This document shows, piece by piece, positions 1-9,164 of a stretch of DNA of 64,000 nucleotides. This DNA comes from Parcubacteria group bacterium GW2011_GWC2_48_17. GTDB taxonomy: Bacteria > Patescibacteriota > Minisyncoccia > Phycocordibacterales > UBA10002. The stretch lies in assembly GCA_001003605.1 (NCBI GenBank), contig LCPL01000003.1:1811-65810 (forward strand), read 5' to 3'. The translations under genes were made by a program, and so were the position numbers. The notes below the pieces were generated by a model. That model was not told the DNA's origin and made no database searches. It worked only from the letters and a program-made list of their open reading frames with translations. Position 1 is the stretch's first letter. Each line of letters opens with the position of its first letter.

Positions 1-275
1 CTCATACCCGAGCCACTTTCGCAAATGCGAACGAGAAGGATGGTGCGAAGAGCTTCAAGGTTCTTTGCATTGTAGCCCACACCCTAGGACTAACAAGGGT
101 TGGTATTCACTCTCGTCCCAGAAAAGGATTTCTGCTGCGATGTGCTAATAGCTACGACGGACCCCTTGGCGGCTCAACTGCCCTGGGGCCTTTTTTGTAT
201 ATCGAGAGGTCAGTATCCGAGGTTTTGTCTCCGCATCCTGCGCGTAGCCCATTTTTTACGAGAATCTTGTGACCT

Positions 276-286
276 GTGATATAATT
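276..286 (+). promoter_or_regulatory. Putative extended -10 promoter element (TGATATAAT) upstream of ftsE
   Basis: Sequence tgatataat 65 nt upstream of the ftsE ATG. The identical 9-mer recurs upstream of the giant ORF at about 40497. Confidence 0.35.
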
Positions 287-287
287 T

Positions 288-346
288 CTAGAAGCTAGAA
301 GCTAGAAGCTAGAAGCTAGAAGCTAGAAGCTAGAAGCTAGAAGCTA
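288..346 (+). repeat. Tandem heptanucleotide repeat (CTAGAAG)x8 in the ftsE leader
   Basis: Eight perfect tandem copies read directly from the sequence. The array ends 5 nt before the ftsE ATG. Confidence 0.95.
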
Positions 347-351
347 TCCCC

Positions 352-1029
352 ATGATTCACTTCGACAAAATTACCAAGAAATATAACGGATGCGTCGCGC
401 TTGATGAAATAAGCTTTACCGTTAAGCCGAAGGAATTCGTTTCCCTTGTTGGCCATTCAGGAGCGGGGAAAACTACACTCCTTAAGATGATTCTTGTAGA
501 AGAGCGTCCTTCAAGCGGCAGTATTCTTTTCGGGTCAGTCAATATCCACGCGCTGAAGCGCAATAAACTGCACAAATACCGCCGCAAAATCGGAGCGATA
601 TTTCAGGATTTTCGTCTGCTCCCAAATAAAACCGCGTTCGAAAACATAGCGTTTGCCATGGAGATGGCAGGGCGTAGCGATTCAGAAATCGCGGCAGATG
701 TTCCTTATGTTCTTGAAATGGTTGACCTTGGCGACAAAATGTGGAATTTCCCACGCGAGCTCTCTGGCGGGGAAAAACAGCGCGTGGCCATCGCGCGCGC
801 AATCGTAAACCAGCCAGATGTGGTCATTGCCGATGAACCAACCGGAAGTCTTGACCCCATAAATACCTATGAGATCGTGCAGATATTAAAAAAGATAAAC
901 GACCTAGGTACGACGGTGATTCTTACAACGCATAATAAGGGCGTCATAGATTCCTTGGGCAAGAGGGTCATCACCATGGAGAAAGGGAGAATTATCAGAG
1001 ATGACCCCACAGGAAGATATGTGTTGTAA
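352..1029 (+). CDS. ftsE: Cell division ABC transporter ATP-binding protein FtsE
   Basis: Walker A motif [12 protein letters not shown] signature LSGGEKQR, Walker [13 protein letters not shown]. Immediately followed by an ftsX-like gene. Confidence 0.85.
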   Translation: MIHFDKITKKYNGCVALDEISFTVKPKEFVSLVGHSGAGKTTLLKMILVEERPSSGSILFGSVNIHALKRNKLHKYRRKIGAIFQDFRLLPNKTAFENIAFAMEMAGRSDSEIAADVPYVLEMVDLGDKMWNFPRELSGGEKQRVAIARAIVNQPDVVIADEPTGSLDPINTYEIVQILKKINDLGTTVILTTHNKGVIDSLGKRVITMEKGRIIRDDPTGRYVL

Positions 1030-1187
1030 GACAACACATATCTTCCGGAAATCCGAAGCACGAAATCCGAAATCCTAAACAAATCCCAATGAGCAAAATC
1101 AAAATCCAAGAATCGTGTATAATTTAGAAATTAGAATTTAGGTATTGTTTCGAATTTCGATATTCGGACTTCGAATTTACCATTCTT

Positions 1188-2114
1188 ATGGTTTGGACTA
1201 GCATAAAACGCGTCATTAAGGCAGGAGCCGTCAATTTCTATCGAAACGGTTTCGTTTCCCTCTCCTCCGTGTTTATCATGACGATAACGCTATTCGTGAT
1301 AGGAGGCGTAATTTTCCTTTCCGCGACGTTAAGCGCTTCTCTTGAAGAAATCAAAAGCAAAGTTGATGTGAATGTGTACTTTCAGACAAGCGCGAGCGAA
1401 GAAGAAATAACCGCGCTCAAGGGAATCCTCCTAAGGCTCCCAGAGGTGAAAGATGTGGAATATATCTCCCGCGAGCAGGCGCTCGAAAACTTTAAGAAGC
1501 GCCACGAAAATGACGAGCTGACGCTCCAAGCGCTCGAAGAACTTCCCGATAATCCGCTTGGGGCAGTGCTTAACATTCGCGCCAAAGAACCTTCAGAGTA
1601 TGAAGGCATCGCGAATTTCCTTAAGAGCGAAAACGCTCTTTCGAGCGGAAGCACCCCCATCATTGACGAGGTGAATTATTACGACCACAAAACGGCCATC
1701 GACAGGCTTTCAAACATCATACGTTCTGCGCAAACTCTCGGATTAGCGCTGGCGTTTTTGCTTGTGGTCGTTTCCATAAGCATCGCCTTCAACACCATCC
1801 GTTTGGCTATCTATATCTCCCGCGAAGAAATAGGAGTGATGCGCCTTGTCGGCGCGAGCGACAAATATATACGCGGGCCGTTCGTGGTTTCAGGCGTACT
1901 GTATGGCGTGAGTGCCGCGCTCATTACGCTTGCTCTCTTTTATCCACTCACGTATTATCTCGGAGACTCGACGGAGGATTTCTTCAGCGGGCTCAATGTG
2001 TTCCGTTACTATACCCTGCATTTCGGCGAATTTTTCCTTATCATCGCTGGTTCAGGCATTGCGCTTGGAGCTGTTTCAAGTTTTTTGGCGGTGAGGAGGT
2101 ATCTGAATGTGTAA
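1188..2114 (+). CDS. ftsX: Cell division permease FtsX
   Basis: 308-aa protein with an N-terminal TM helix, a periplasmic domain and C-terminal TM helices. Lies directly downstream of ftsE, the typical FtsX architecture. Confidence 0.75.
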   Translation: MVWTSIKRVIKAGAVNFYRNGFVSLSSVFIMTITLFVIGGVIFLSATLSASLEEIKSKVDVNVYFQTSASEEEITALKGILLRLPEVKDVEYISREQALENFKKRHENDELTLQALEELPDNPLGAVLNIRAKEPSEYEGIANFLKSENALSSGSTPIIDEVNYYDHKTAIDRLSNIIRSAQTLGLALAFLLVVVSISIAFNTIRLAIYISREEIGVMRLVGASDKYIRGPFVVSGVLYGVSAALITLALFYPLTYYLGDSTEDFFSGLNVFRYYTLHFGEFFLIIAGSGIALGAVSSFLAVRRYLNV

Positions 2115-2127
2115 TACAAACTGCAGA

Positions 2128-2150
2128 AAACTCTAAACTCTAAACTCTAA
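2128..2150 (+). repeat. Tandem heptamer (AACTCTA)x3 within a CA-rich/GT-rich intergenic hairpin element
   Basis: aaactctaaactctaaactctaaac read directly. It is followed by a complementary G/T-rich arm (tttgagttttg...tttagagtttggagtt). Confidence 0.8.
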
Positions 2151-2252
2151 ACAAACTCAAAAATCAAAGTTAAAAGATTAAAATTTGAGTTTTGAAATTT
2201 GGACTTGGAACTTGATTAGAATTTAGAGTTTGGAGTTAAGAAATTATCCAAA

Positions 2253-3938
2253 ATGTCCAAAAAGAATCATAAATACATCTTCGTCATCGGCGGTGTCATG
2301 TCTGGAGTCGGGAAAGGCGTGGCGACTTCTTCCATCGGCCTCATCCTCAAGTCCAAAGGGTTCAAGGTGAACCCGATTAAAGTTGACCCTTATCTTAATG
2401 TGGACGCCGGCACCATGAACCCCACCGAGCACGGTGAGGTTTTCGTTTTGGATTCCGGATTGGAGACCGACCAAGACATGGGGAATTATGAGCGGTTCAT
2501 GGAAATTAACCTCAAGAGTGAGGATTACATAACAAGCGGGATGGTGTACAAGCATGTTATTGAACGCGAGCGCTCGCTCGGCTATAAAGGGAAATGTGTT
2601 GAGGCAATCCCTCATATCACCGATGAAATCCGGCGGCGGATTGAGCGCGCTGCCGAGCAAAACGGCTCGGCCGTTTCGCTTATTGAGATCGGCGGGACGG
2701 TCGGGGACTATCAAAACATTTTGTTTATTGAGGCGGCGCGCGTTTTGAAACTCAAGCACCCGGGCGATGTTTTGTTTATTTTGGTAACTTTCCTGCCGAT
2801 CCCGTCTAAACTCGGCGAGATGAAGACCAAGCCGACTCAAAATGCCGTGAGGCAACTCAATTCCTACGGCGTCCAGCCGGATATCATCATTGCCCGGAGT
2901 TCGGCGCCGCTTGACGCCAAGCGGAAGGAAAAGCTCGCCATTTGGTGCAATGTGCCGGCCGAGGCGGTGATTTCCGCGCCGGATATAGATTCAATTTATG
3001 AAGTGCCGCTTAATTTTGAACGCGACAACCTCGGCGCCATTATATTGGAGCGCCTTGGCCTCAAGTCGCGCATTCGCCGCGACACGCTCGCCAAGTGGCG
3101 AAATTTTGTATCAAAAATTAGAAATCCCAAAGGCGAGGTGGAAATCGCTGTCGTTGGGAAGTACTTTGACACCGGCGACTTCATTCTCTCCGATGCCTAT
3201 ATTTCGGTCATTGAAGCAATAAAACATGCGTCGTATAAATTTGGGCTGAAACCAAACATCCACTGGCTTAATTCCAAACGATTTGAAACCGGCGACGAGC
3301 GGGTGGATTCTCTCAAAAAATACGACGGCGTGATTGTTCCCGGGGGCTTCGGCGAGACGGGTATAGAAGGGAAACTCAAAGTCATTGAATACGCGAGGAA
3401 AAACAAAATCCCGTACCTCGGGCTTTGTTACGGTATGCAGCTTATGTGTATAGAGTACGCGCGAAATGTGTTGGGGCTCAAAGACGCCAACACGACCGAA
3501 ATCAATCCGGAGGCGCCGCATAAAATCATTGACATCATGCCCGACCAGCGCAAAAAACTGGAGAAGGAAAATTACGGCGGCTCCATGCGCCTCGGCGCCT
3601 ACCCCGCGCATCTCTCTCCCGGCACCATCGCCTTCTCTGCATATTTTGGCTCCGGCAACTCAATGCTAAACGCTAAACGCTCAACGCTGATTCATGAGCG
3701 TCACCGCCACCGCTTTGAGGTGAATCCCGAGTACATAGAAAAACTCCAAGCCGGCGGCCTCGTCTTTTCCGGCAAATCGCCCGACGGCGTACTCATGGAA
3801 ATCGCCGAACTCCCTCGCAAAATCCACCCATTTTTCCTCGGCACGCAATTCCACCCCGAGCTCAAATCCCGCCCGCTCTCGCCCCATCCGCTTTTTGTTG
3901 AATTTATGAAATCCGCGCAAGCCAAGAAGAAAATATGA
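2253..3938 (+). CDS. pyrG: CTP synthase
   Basis: N-terminal synthetase motif FVIGGVMSGVGKG and a C-terminal glutamine amidotransferase region (GLCYGMQ, ERHRHRFEVNP). Contains a short in-frame repeat-derived segment at about 3655-3690. Confidence 0.9.
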   Translation: MSKKNHKYIFVIGGVMSGVGKGVATSSIGLILKSKGFKVNPIKVDPYLNVDAGTMNPTEHGEVFVLDSGLETDQDMGNYERFMEINLKSEDYITSGMVYKHVIERERSLGYKGKCVEAIPHITDEIRRRIERAAEQNGSAVSLIEIGGTVGDYQNILFIEAARVLKLKHPGDVLFILVTFLPIPSKLGEMKTKPTQNAVRQLNSYGVQPDIIIARSSAPLDAKRKEKLAIWCNVPAEAVISAPDIDSIYEVPLNFERDNLGAIILERLGLKSRIRRDTLAKWRNFVSKIRNPKGEVEIAVVGKYFDTGDFILSDAYISVIEAIKHASYKFGLKPNIHWLNSKRFETGDERVDSLKKYDGVIVPGGFGETGIEGKLKVIEYARKNKIPYLGLCYGMQLMCIEYARNVLGLKDANTTEINPEAPHKIIDIMPDQRKKLEKENYGGSMRLGAYPAHLSPGTIAFSAYFGSGNSMLNAKRSTLIHERHRHRFEVNPEYIEKLQAGGLVFSGKSPDGVLMEIAELPRKIHPFFLGTQFHPELKSRPLSPHPLFVEFMKSAQAKKKI

Positions 3939-4201
3939 GCCGTGAAATTCATAAAAAAATCTGGCCGGAGTTTTTTGAGAAAGTTCTCTCTGGCGAAAAA
4001 CGCTTTGAACTCCGCATCGCCGATTTTGAGATTAGTCCGGGCGACACATTGATTTTAGAGGAGTGGAACCAGAACACCAAAAGCTACACCGGCCGCCGTC
4101 TCATAAAGAATGTTGGCTACATTCTCAAATCCGACCTAGACCAATTCGGCCAGCGCGCCCTCATCGAGAAACATGGCCTCTATGTGATTACCCTCGAGTA
4201 G
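3935..4201 (+). CDS. ASCH/DUF3850-like small protein
   Basis: 88 aa with FELRIADFEISPGDTLILEEW, resembling the ASCH/DUF3850 fold. Overlaps the pyrG stop by ATGA. Confidence 0.5.
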   Translation: MSREIHKKIWPEFFEKVLSGEKRFELRIADFEISPGDTLILEEWNQNTKSYTGRRLIKNVGYILKSDLDQFGQRALIEKHGLYVITLE

Positions 4202-4262
4202 GATTTTTCTTTCTCACATCTTTCCCGCACAATAGCCGTGAGAATTATTTTATAATGCAGTA

Positions 4263-4292
4263 TATTCTCTAATTCTCACGAATTAGAGAATA
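4263..4292. promoter_or_regulatory. 30-bp palindrome (tattctctaattctcacgaattagagaata), putative ArsR operator, copy 1
   Basis: Inverted arms ttctctaattc and gaattagagaa around a TCACG core. Lies 70 bp upstream of arsR. Confidence 0.5.
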
Positions 4293-4361
4293 AGCGTAGA
4301 AAGGGGGATGGCCGCATACATAGTGGCGTGACAGGGTTGGCGGGATGATATACTGAGGCGT

Positions 4362-4628
4362 ATGGAACTCAAAGAACTTGAAAGACCGCTCAAAGCGCTC
4401 GCCAACAAACGGCGGTTGGCGATTTTGAGATTTCTCAAGAAAAACGGCGAGGCGAATGTAACGGAAATTGCGGAAGTTATCAAACTTTCAGTTAAGTCCA
4501 CCTCGCGGCATCTTTCCGTACTTTTTTCGGCCGATTTGGTTGACCGGCGTCAGCAAAGCTTGGAGGTATATTATTGGTGCGCACCTTCATTTCCACAGCC
4601 AATCAAGGGTATCCTCTCTATTCTCTAA
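4362..4628 (+). CDS. ArsR/SmtB-family HTH transcriptional regulator
   Basis: LANKRRLAILRFLKKNGEANVTEIAEVIKLSVKSTSRHLSVL is a typical ArsR winged-HTH segment. Confidence 0.75.
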   Translation: MELKELERPLKALANKRRLAILRFLKKNGEANVTEIAEVIKLSVKSTSRHLSVLFSADLVDRRQQSLEVYYWCAPSFPQPIKGILSIL

Positions 4629-4650
4629 TTCTCACGAATTAGAGAATAGA
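4617..4650. promoter_or_regulatory. Second copy of the 30-bp ArsR-associated palindrome
   Basis: Identical 30-mer to copy 1. It overlaps the arsR stop codon and lies 30 bp upstream of the EamA transporter gene. Confidence 0.5.
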
Positions 4651-4681
4651 TGTGCTGAGCATGGGTAACTACATAAAATAG

Positions 4682-5557
4682 ATGAGTATATCAGTTGGAA
4701 TTGGGCTGGCGTTTGTGGCGATGCTCTGTTGGGGCTTCGGCGATTTTCTCATTCAACGCTCCACCAGAAAAGTCGGAGATATTGAAGCGCTCTTTTTTGT
4801 AACCGCGTTCGGTGCGGTCGTGCTTTTCCCTTTCGTGTATAAGAATATTGGAGCGTTCTTTGCTTCTTCCGGCAGTACCCTTTTTGTTCTCGGTATTCTC
4901 TGCGTTGTTCTTCTCATCGCGGCGCTTTTTGATTTTGAAGCGCTTCGGGTAGGGAAGCTCGCGGTTGTGGAACCCATTTGGTCGTTTGAAGTTCCCGTCG
5001 CGGCTCTTCTCGCGTTTTTCATTCTTGGCGAACGGGTAACCTCGTTTCAGATATTTCTTGTTGTCGGATTGCTGATAGGCCTCGCGCTCGTGTCGCTGAA
5101 GAAGCCATTTCATATAAAGCACTTTTTGCTTGAACGAGGGACGCTCTTGGCGCTCCTCGGCGCCGTCTTTATGGGTGCCGCCAATTTTTTCATGGGTTGG
5201 GGAGCGCGGCTTTCCGACCCGATAATGGCGAATTTCGTAACAGATATTTTCATTGCTGGCGTTACCGGACTCATTTTGCTTTCACGCGGCAGGGTGCGGG
5301 ACACAATCCGCGACATAAACCAAAGCAGAGGCGTACTTCTACAAATGTCGGTTTCGGACAAAACGGCGTGGGTCGCGTTCGCGTTTGCGATGACGCTCGC
5401 GCCAATCGGAATCGTCGTCGCACTTTCTGAAAGCTACATCATTATCGCGGTTCTGCTCGGGCTCGCAATAAATCGCGAGCGCCTCGCGGCGCATCAAAAA
5501 GTTGGACTCGTCACCGCGATCGCCGCCGCGATAACACTGGCGGCGATTACCGTATAA
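4682..5557 (+). CDS. EamA/DMT-family transporter
   Basis: 291-aa protein with about 10 TM helices in an EamA-like two-repeat architecture. Confidence 0.6.
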   Translation: MSISVGIGLAFVAMLCWGFGDFLIQRSTRKVGDIEALFFVTAFGAVVLFPFVYKNIGAFFASSGSTLFVLGILCVVLLIAALFDFEALRVGKLAVVEPIWSFEVPVAALLAFFILGERVTSFQIFLVVGLLIGLALVSLKKPFHIKHFLLERGTLLALLGAVFMGAANFFMGWGARLSDPIMANFVTDIFIAGVTGLILLSRGRVRDTIRDINQSRGVLLQMSVSDKTAWVAFAFAMTLAPIGIVVALSESYIIIAVLLGLAINRERLAAHQKVGLVTAIAAAITLAAITV

Positions 5558-5604
5558 CTTTTGCGCCGCCACAGTGTTGTATTTTTGTTATACTTCCCCA
5601 TTAT

Positions 5605-6612
5605 ATGCCGCACGCACTAAACGACATTGCTCAAAGATTGCTCGCGCCTGGCAAAGGAATCCTCGCGGCGGACGAGAGTATGGGCACCTGCGACAAGCGG
5701 TTTGACAAGTATGGAATTCAAAAAACGCCCGAGATGCGGAGACAATGGCGGGAGCTTCTTTTCTCTACTCCCGAAATTGAAAAGGGGCTTTCAGGAGTAA
5801 TTCTTTTTGATGAGACAATTCGGCAGAAAACAAAAGACGGCGTCCCATTTGCAAAGTTTCTCGCGGCGCGCGGCATTCTCCCCGGCATCAAGGTTGACCA
5901 GAAAACCGAACCGCTGCCCGATTCCTTTCAAGAGGAGGTGACGAAGGGACTTGACGGCCTTTCTACGCGACTTTCCGAATACGCCAAGCTCGGAGCGAAG
6001 TTCACCAAATGGCGAGCGGTGATTCGCATCGGAGACAAGCTGCCCACCAAACAGTGCCTACACGAGAATGCCAAGCGTATGGCCGAGTACGCAGGAGAGA
6101 GTCAAATAGCCGGACTCGTCCCGATTATTGAGCCAGAGGTGTTGCTTCATGGTACGCACTCGCTTCTCCGAAGCGAAAAGGTGCTTACCGAGACGCTGTC
6201 TGCCGTATTTCAAGAGATACAAAAAGCAAAAGTCGCTCTTTCCGGTCTTATCTTAAAATCCAGCATGGCGCTTCCTGGAAATGAATCGGGCGAGAAAGCT
6301 TCCGCAAAGCAAATCGCCGAAGCCACCCTTCACGCATTTTTTTCCGCTGTGCCGAGTGAAGTTCCCGGCATTGTGTTTCTTTCCGGCGGACAAACTCCCG
6401 AGGAAGCAACCGTGCGCCTGAATGAAATAGTGAAAATGGCAAAAGAGCAGAATGCTCCCTGGCGCATCACATTTTCCTACTCGCGCGCGCTGCAGGACCC
6501 GGTACTTAAAGCGTGGCACGGCGATGAGAAAAATGTGCAAGCGGCCCGGGAAATCTTCAAAGAACGGGTGGAGGAAACCGCTAAAGCTTCCGAAGGGAGA
6601 TATACGGATTAA
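5605..6612 (+). CDS. fba: Fructose-bisphosphate aldolase, class I
   Basis: GKGILAADES motif and Schiff-base region SGVILFDETI, LPGIKVD, as in class I FBA. Confidence 0.85.
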   Translation: MPHALNDIAQRLLAPGKGILAADESMGTCDKRFDKYGIQKTPEMRRQWRELLFSTPEIEKGLSGVILFDETIRQKTKDGVPFAKFLAARGILPGIKVDQKTEPLPDSFQEEVTKGLDGLSTRLSEYAKLGAKFTKWRAVIRIGDKLPTKQCLHENAKRMAEYAGESQIAGLVPIIEPEVLLHGTHSLLRSEKVLTETLSAVFQEIQKAKVALSGLILKSSMALPGNESGEKASAKQIAEATLHAFFSAVPSEVPGIVFLSGGQTPEEATVRLNEIVKMAKEQNAPWRITFSYSRALQDPVLKAWHGDEKNVQAAREIFKERVEETAKASEGRYTD

Positions 6613-6790
6613 AACACAAAACACAGTACACAAAAATCCAAACCCCGAAGGACACAAGGTGCCTACGGGGCAGGCAAAACACAAATCAACAAATAAGCAG
6701 AACAAAGAAGAAAACATAGTGCCGCGTTTTGTGGTTTGAAGAGTTTGGATTTTGTCTGGTCTTTTGTGCAGTTTGTGGTTTGGTTAATTT
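6613..6790 (+). repeat. CA-rich/GT-rich imperfect hairpin intergenic element
   Basis: aaacacaaaacacagtacacaaaaatccaaac ... gttttgtggtttgaagagtttggattttgtctgg. An A/C-rich arm is followed by a complementary G/T-rich arm. Related copies lie at 46.05, 54.75 and 61.3 kb. Confidence 0.7.
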
Positions 6791-6798
6791 AGCCTTTC

Positions 6799-7563
6799 AT
6801 GGATTTACTTGATGTCGCGATTACAGCGGCGAAAAAGGGAGGGGAAGCAGTGTTGCGCCATTTTGAAACGTCTGTTGAACGCCGTGTCAAAACCGACAAA
6901 AGCTTTGTAACGGCGGCCGATACGGAAGCCGAATCCGTGATCCTCAAAGAAATCAAGAACGCCTTTCCCAATCACAGCATTTTGAGCGAGGAAAGCGGCG
7001 CGGAAAAACAACACTCACCCTACGAATGGATTATTGACCCGCTTGACGGCACCGCGAATTTTGTAAACGGGATTCCGCTGTTCGCCGTTTCTATAGCGAT
7101 ACTCAAGAACGGAGCGCCGGTTGCCGGCGTCGTGTATCAACCGGTCGGGCACTCTCTCTACACCGCCGAGAAAGGGAAAGGAACATGTTGGAACGGCAAA
7201 CAGGTAAAAGTGTCGGACGGCGACAAAGAACACGCAATGATTACGTTTGCTCCGGGTAAAAGAGAAAAGAAACGATTGAACGCGCTCTTTGGCGCGGCGG
7301 AACAGTTTGTCAAATCAAAACGCTATTTGGGATGTGCCGCGCTTGATCTTGCCTATGTAGCGCGCGGCGGGACGGAGGGTGTTTTCTTTTTGGGGCTCAA
7401 TAAATGGGACTATGCCGCGGGAGTGCTTCTCGTGCAGGAGGCCGGAGGAAAGATTACCGATTTTTCCGGCGCTCCGTGGGTGTTCGGTTCAAGCGACTTC
7501 TTCGTCGCTTCAAACGAGGAGGCGCATAACGACCTTCTCAAACTTGCCGCGACAATTTCCTAA
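6799..7563 (+). CDS. Inositol monophosphatase family protein (SuhB-like)
   Basis: WIIDPLDGTANFVNGIP metal-binding motif and overall IMPase layout. Confidence 0.8.
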   Translation: MDLLDVAITAAKKGGEAVLRHFETSVERRVKTDKSFVTAADTEAESVILKEIKNAFPNHSILSEESGAEKQHSPYEWIIDPLDGTANFVNGIPLFAVSIAILKNGAPVAGVVYQPVGHSLYTAEKGKGTCWNGKQVKVSDGDKEHAMITFAPGKREKKRLNALFGAAEQFVKSKRYLGCAALDLAYVARGGTEGVFFLGLNKWDYAAGVLLVQEAGGKITDFSGAPWVFGSSDFFVASNEEAHNDLLKLAATIS

Positions 7564-8314
7564 ATCTTTCGGCACGCGGGCCTCAATAGTTCGCCGCCTC
7601 CGCTCCCCCTAGTTCAACAGTTGTGAAAAGGCATTTTTTGTATTAGTGTACAGTGAGAAACATGTACGCCAATGAAATTTCAAGAAATACCCAGCACTCT
7701 CCCATTGCTCCGCGCGAGAAAAGAAAATGGAAAGTGGCACAAGCAGCAATGCGCGGAATGCGGTACCGTCCGTGTAGGTCCGGCCCTTACGGCAAAAACC
7801 GCCAATCTTCCATGGACTATAACGCATTGCAAAAGCGACAGTTGTATCCGCGAGACCGTCCACTATCAAGTTCCTTGAGCGATTTGCCGGCGGATACACT
7901 TCCTATCCGCCGGCATTCTCTTTTCATGAGTTACGCCAATCTTCTGAAAGAAATTGTGATGCAAAAAACAAAAGAGAATGGCGCACAGTAAATTGTGCGC
8001 CGAGAACACCAGCTGACTTTCGCTAGCTGCGTGGCGGCTTCGTGGGTTTTGGCACTGCGAGTCTTGGGAGCTCGGGCTTGGGGAGCACTTTCGATCGCGA
8101 AGAGAATTCGGGTGTTTCGGCGGGCTTTTCCAGCGGTTCAGAAGATTTCCTGTTTTCAATTTTAGTATCATGCATAGGTGCGCCTTTCACATTCTCCATA
8201 TATCCTATCCTTTTTTAGCCGCACATTCTACTGAAATGCAGTTGAACAATCTCTGATTTTCCAGTATCGTTATAACACACTAACAGCTGAAAGCCAGGAG
8301 CCCCCAGCTGATAT

Positions 8315-8388
8315 TGCGGGATCATCTAATGGTAGGATACATGACTCTGAATCATGTCATCTTGGTTCGAATCCAAGTCCCGCAGCCA
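8315..8388 (+). tRNA. tRNA-Gln (anticodon CUG)
   Basis: Manual fold gives acceptor stem TGCGGGA/TCCCGCA with a U1:A72 pair, D stem ATCT/GGAT, anticodon stem CATGA/TCATG, anticodon loop CTCTGAA (U33, CUG, A37), T arm CTTGG-TTCGAAT-CCAAG, and an encoded CCA. Confidence 0.8.
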
Positions 8389-8458
8389 CAAATGAGTTAA
8401 GCTTTTTGGGGGCTGTGTCGCCTGAACAAAATCCGAACTTTTTATCAAAACAATCCGA

Positions 8459-8740
8459 CTAACGACTAATCGCACGCTCCGCATGCGTGGTGGCTTGAGA
8501 TTGAATCGTACGCTCGGATTGCGTGGTGACTCTAACCATTCCGCCCAACGCCTCGCAGAGCCTCGGCGTGTCACGGATATTTTCCTGCTGGAAAATTCCG
8601 CGACCCCGACTCGGCGCCGTCGCGCCTCCGTCTCTGAAACGCTCCGAGCACTCGCGCTTCAGCGCCATCGCCTTTTGCCTCTTCTCCATTCTTATTTTTT
8701 TCGCTGGGGGGGGATTTGAATTGGAATGCGTGGCAAAAAA
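8459..8740. repeat. Diverged inverted-repeat segment (left flank of the RM island)
   Basis: Shares the 18-mer cctcgcagagcctcggcg and the 9-mers ccgactcgg and gcctccgtc with the reverse complement of 11327-11650. Confidence 0.6.
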
Positions 8741-8750
8741 GCGGGGCGGG

Positions 8751-9164
8751 CTATTTTTTGTTAAAGCGCTTAAAGTAGACATCGATTTCATCGCGAAGCT
8801 CAATACCAACTCTCTCAAAGCAGTCGAGTAAATCCTTGTAGGTATTTTTACCGCCGAGGAAATCCCAAAACTCGTCTGCTACCTTAAGCTCATTTTCAAG
8901 ATCGAGCATTCCCCGCATTGTCCAACGAGTATATGGTTCTGGTTCGTAGGGATTGTACGGAATCGCAATAAAAGTATTTATATTCGCATCCGGTTTATTT
9001 GCCAAAACAACAGCAACCCATTCAAGCAAGGTGCGTTTAAGCTCTTTAAACCCACCGGCATTTGGTTTTGCAGTTTTAATATCAAACAAGAAATACGCAC
9101 CATCTTTTGATTCAAACATTAAATCAAATTTTATTTTAGTTATTTTTGTCAATGGCCTCTTCAA
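8751..9164 (-). CDS. Hypothetical protein with PD-(D/E)xK-like motifs, possible nuclease C-terminal portion
   Basis: 137 aa containing FESKDG...FDIKTAK, a D...ExK-like arrangement. Overlaps the upstream 66-aa ORF by 29 nt in another frame. Confidence 0.4.
   Translation of the reverse strand: MKRPLTKITKIKFDLMFESKDGAYFLFDIKTAKPNAGGFKELKRTLLEWVAVVLANKPDANINTFIAIPYNPYEPEPYTRWTMRGMLDLENELKVADEFWDFLGGKNTYKDLLDCFERVGIELRDEIDVYFKRFNKK

Noticed and set aside
6253-6717. Antisense ORFs inside fba (and similar long antisense ORFs inside the helicase, ribonucleotide reductase, transcobalamin-like and ATPase genes)
   Set aside because: Shadow ORFs opposite well-supported genes. Their translations are low-complexity and carry no motifs.
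7866-8171. 101-aa ORF on the - strand and overlapping + strand ORFs 7653-7991
   Set aside because: S/P/R-rich low-complexity products with no family resemblance and atypical composition. Left unannotated.
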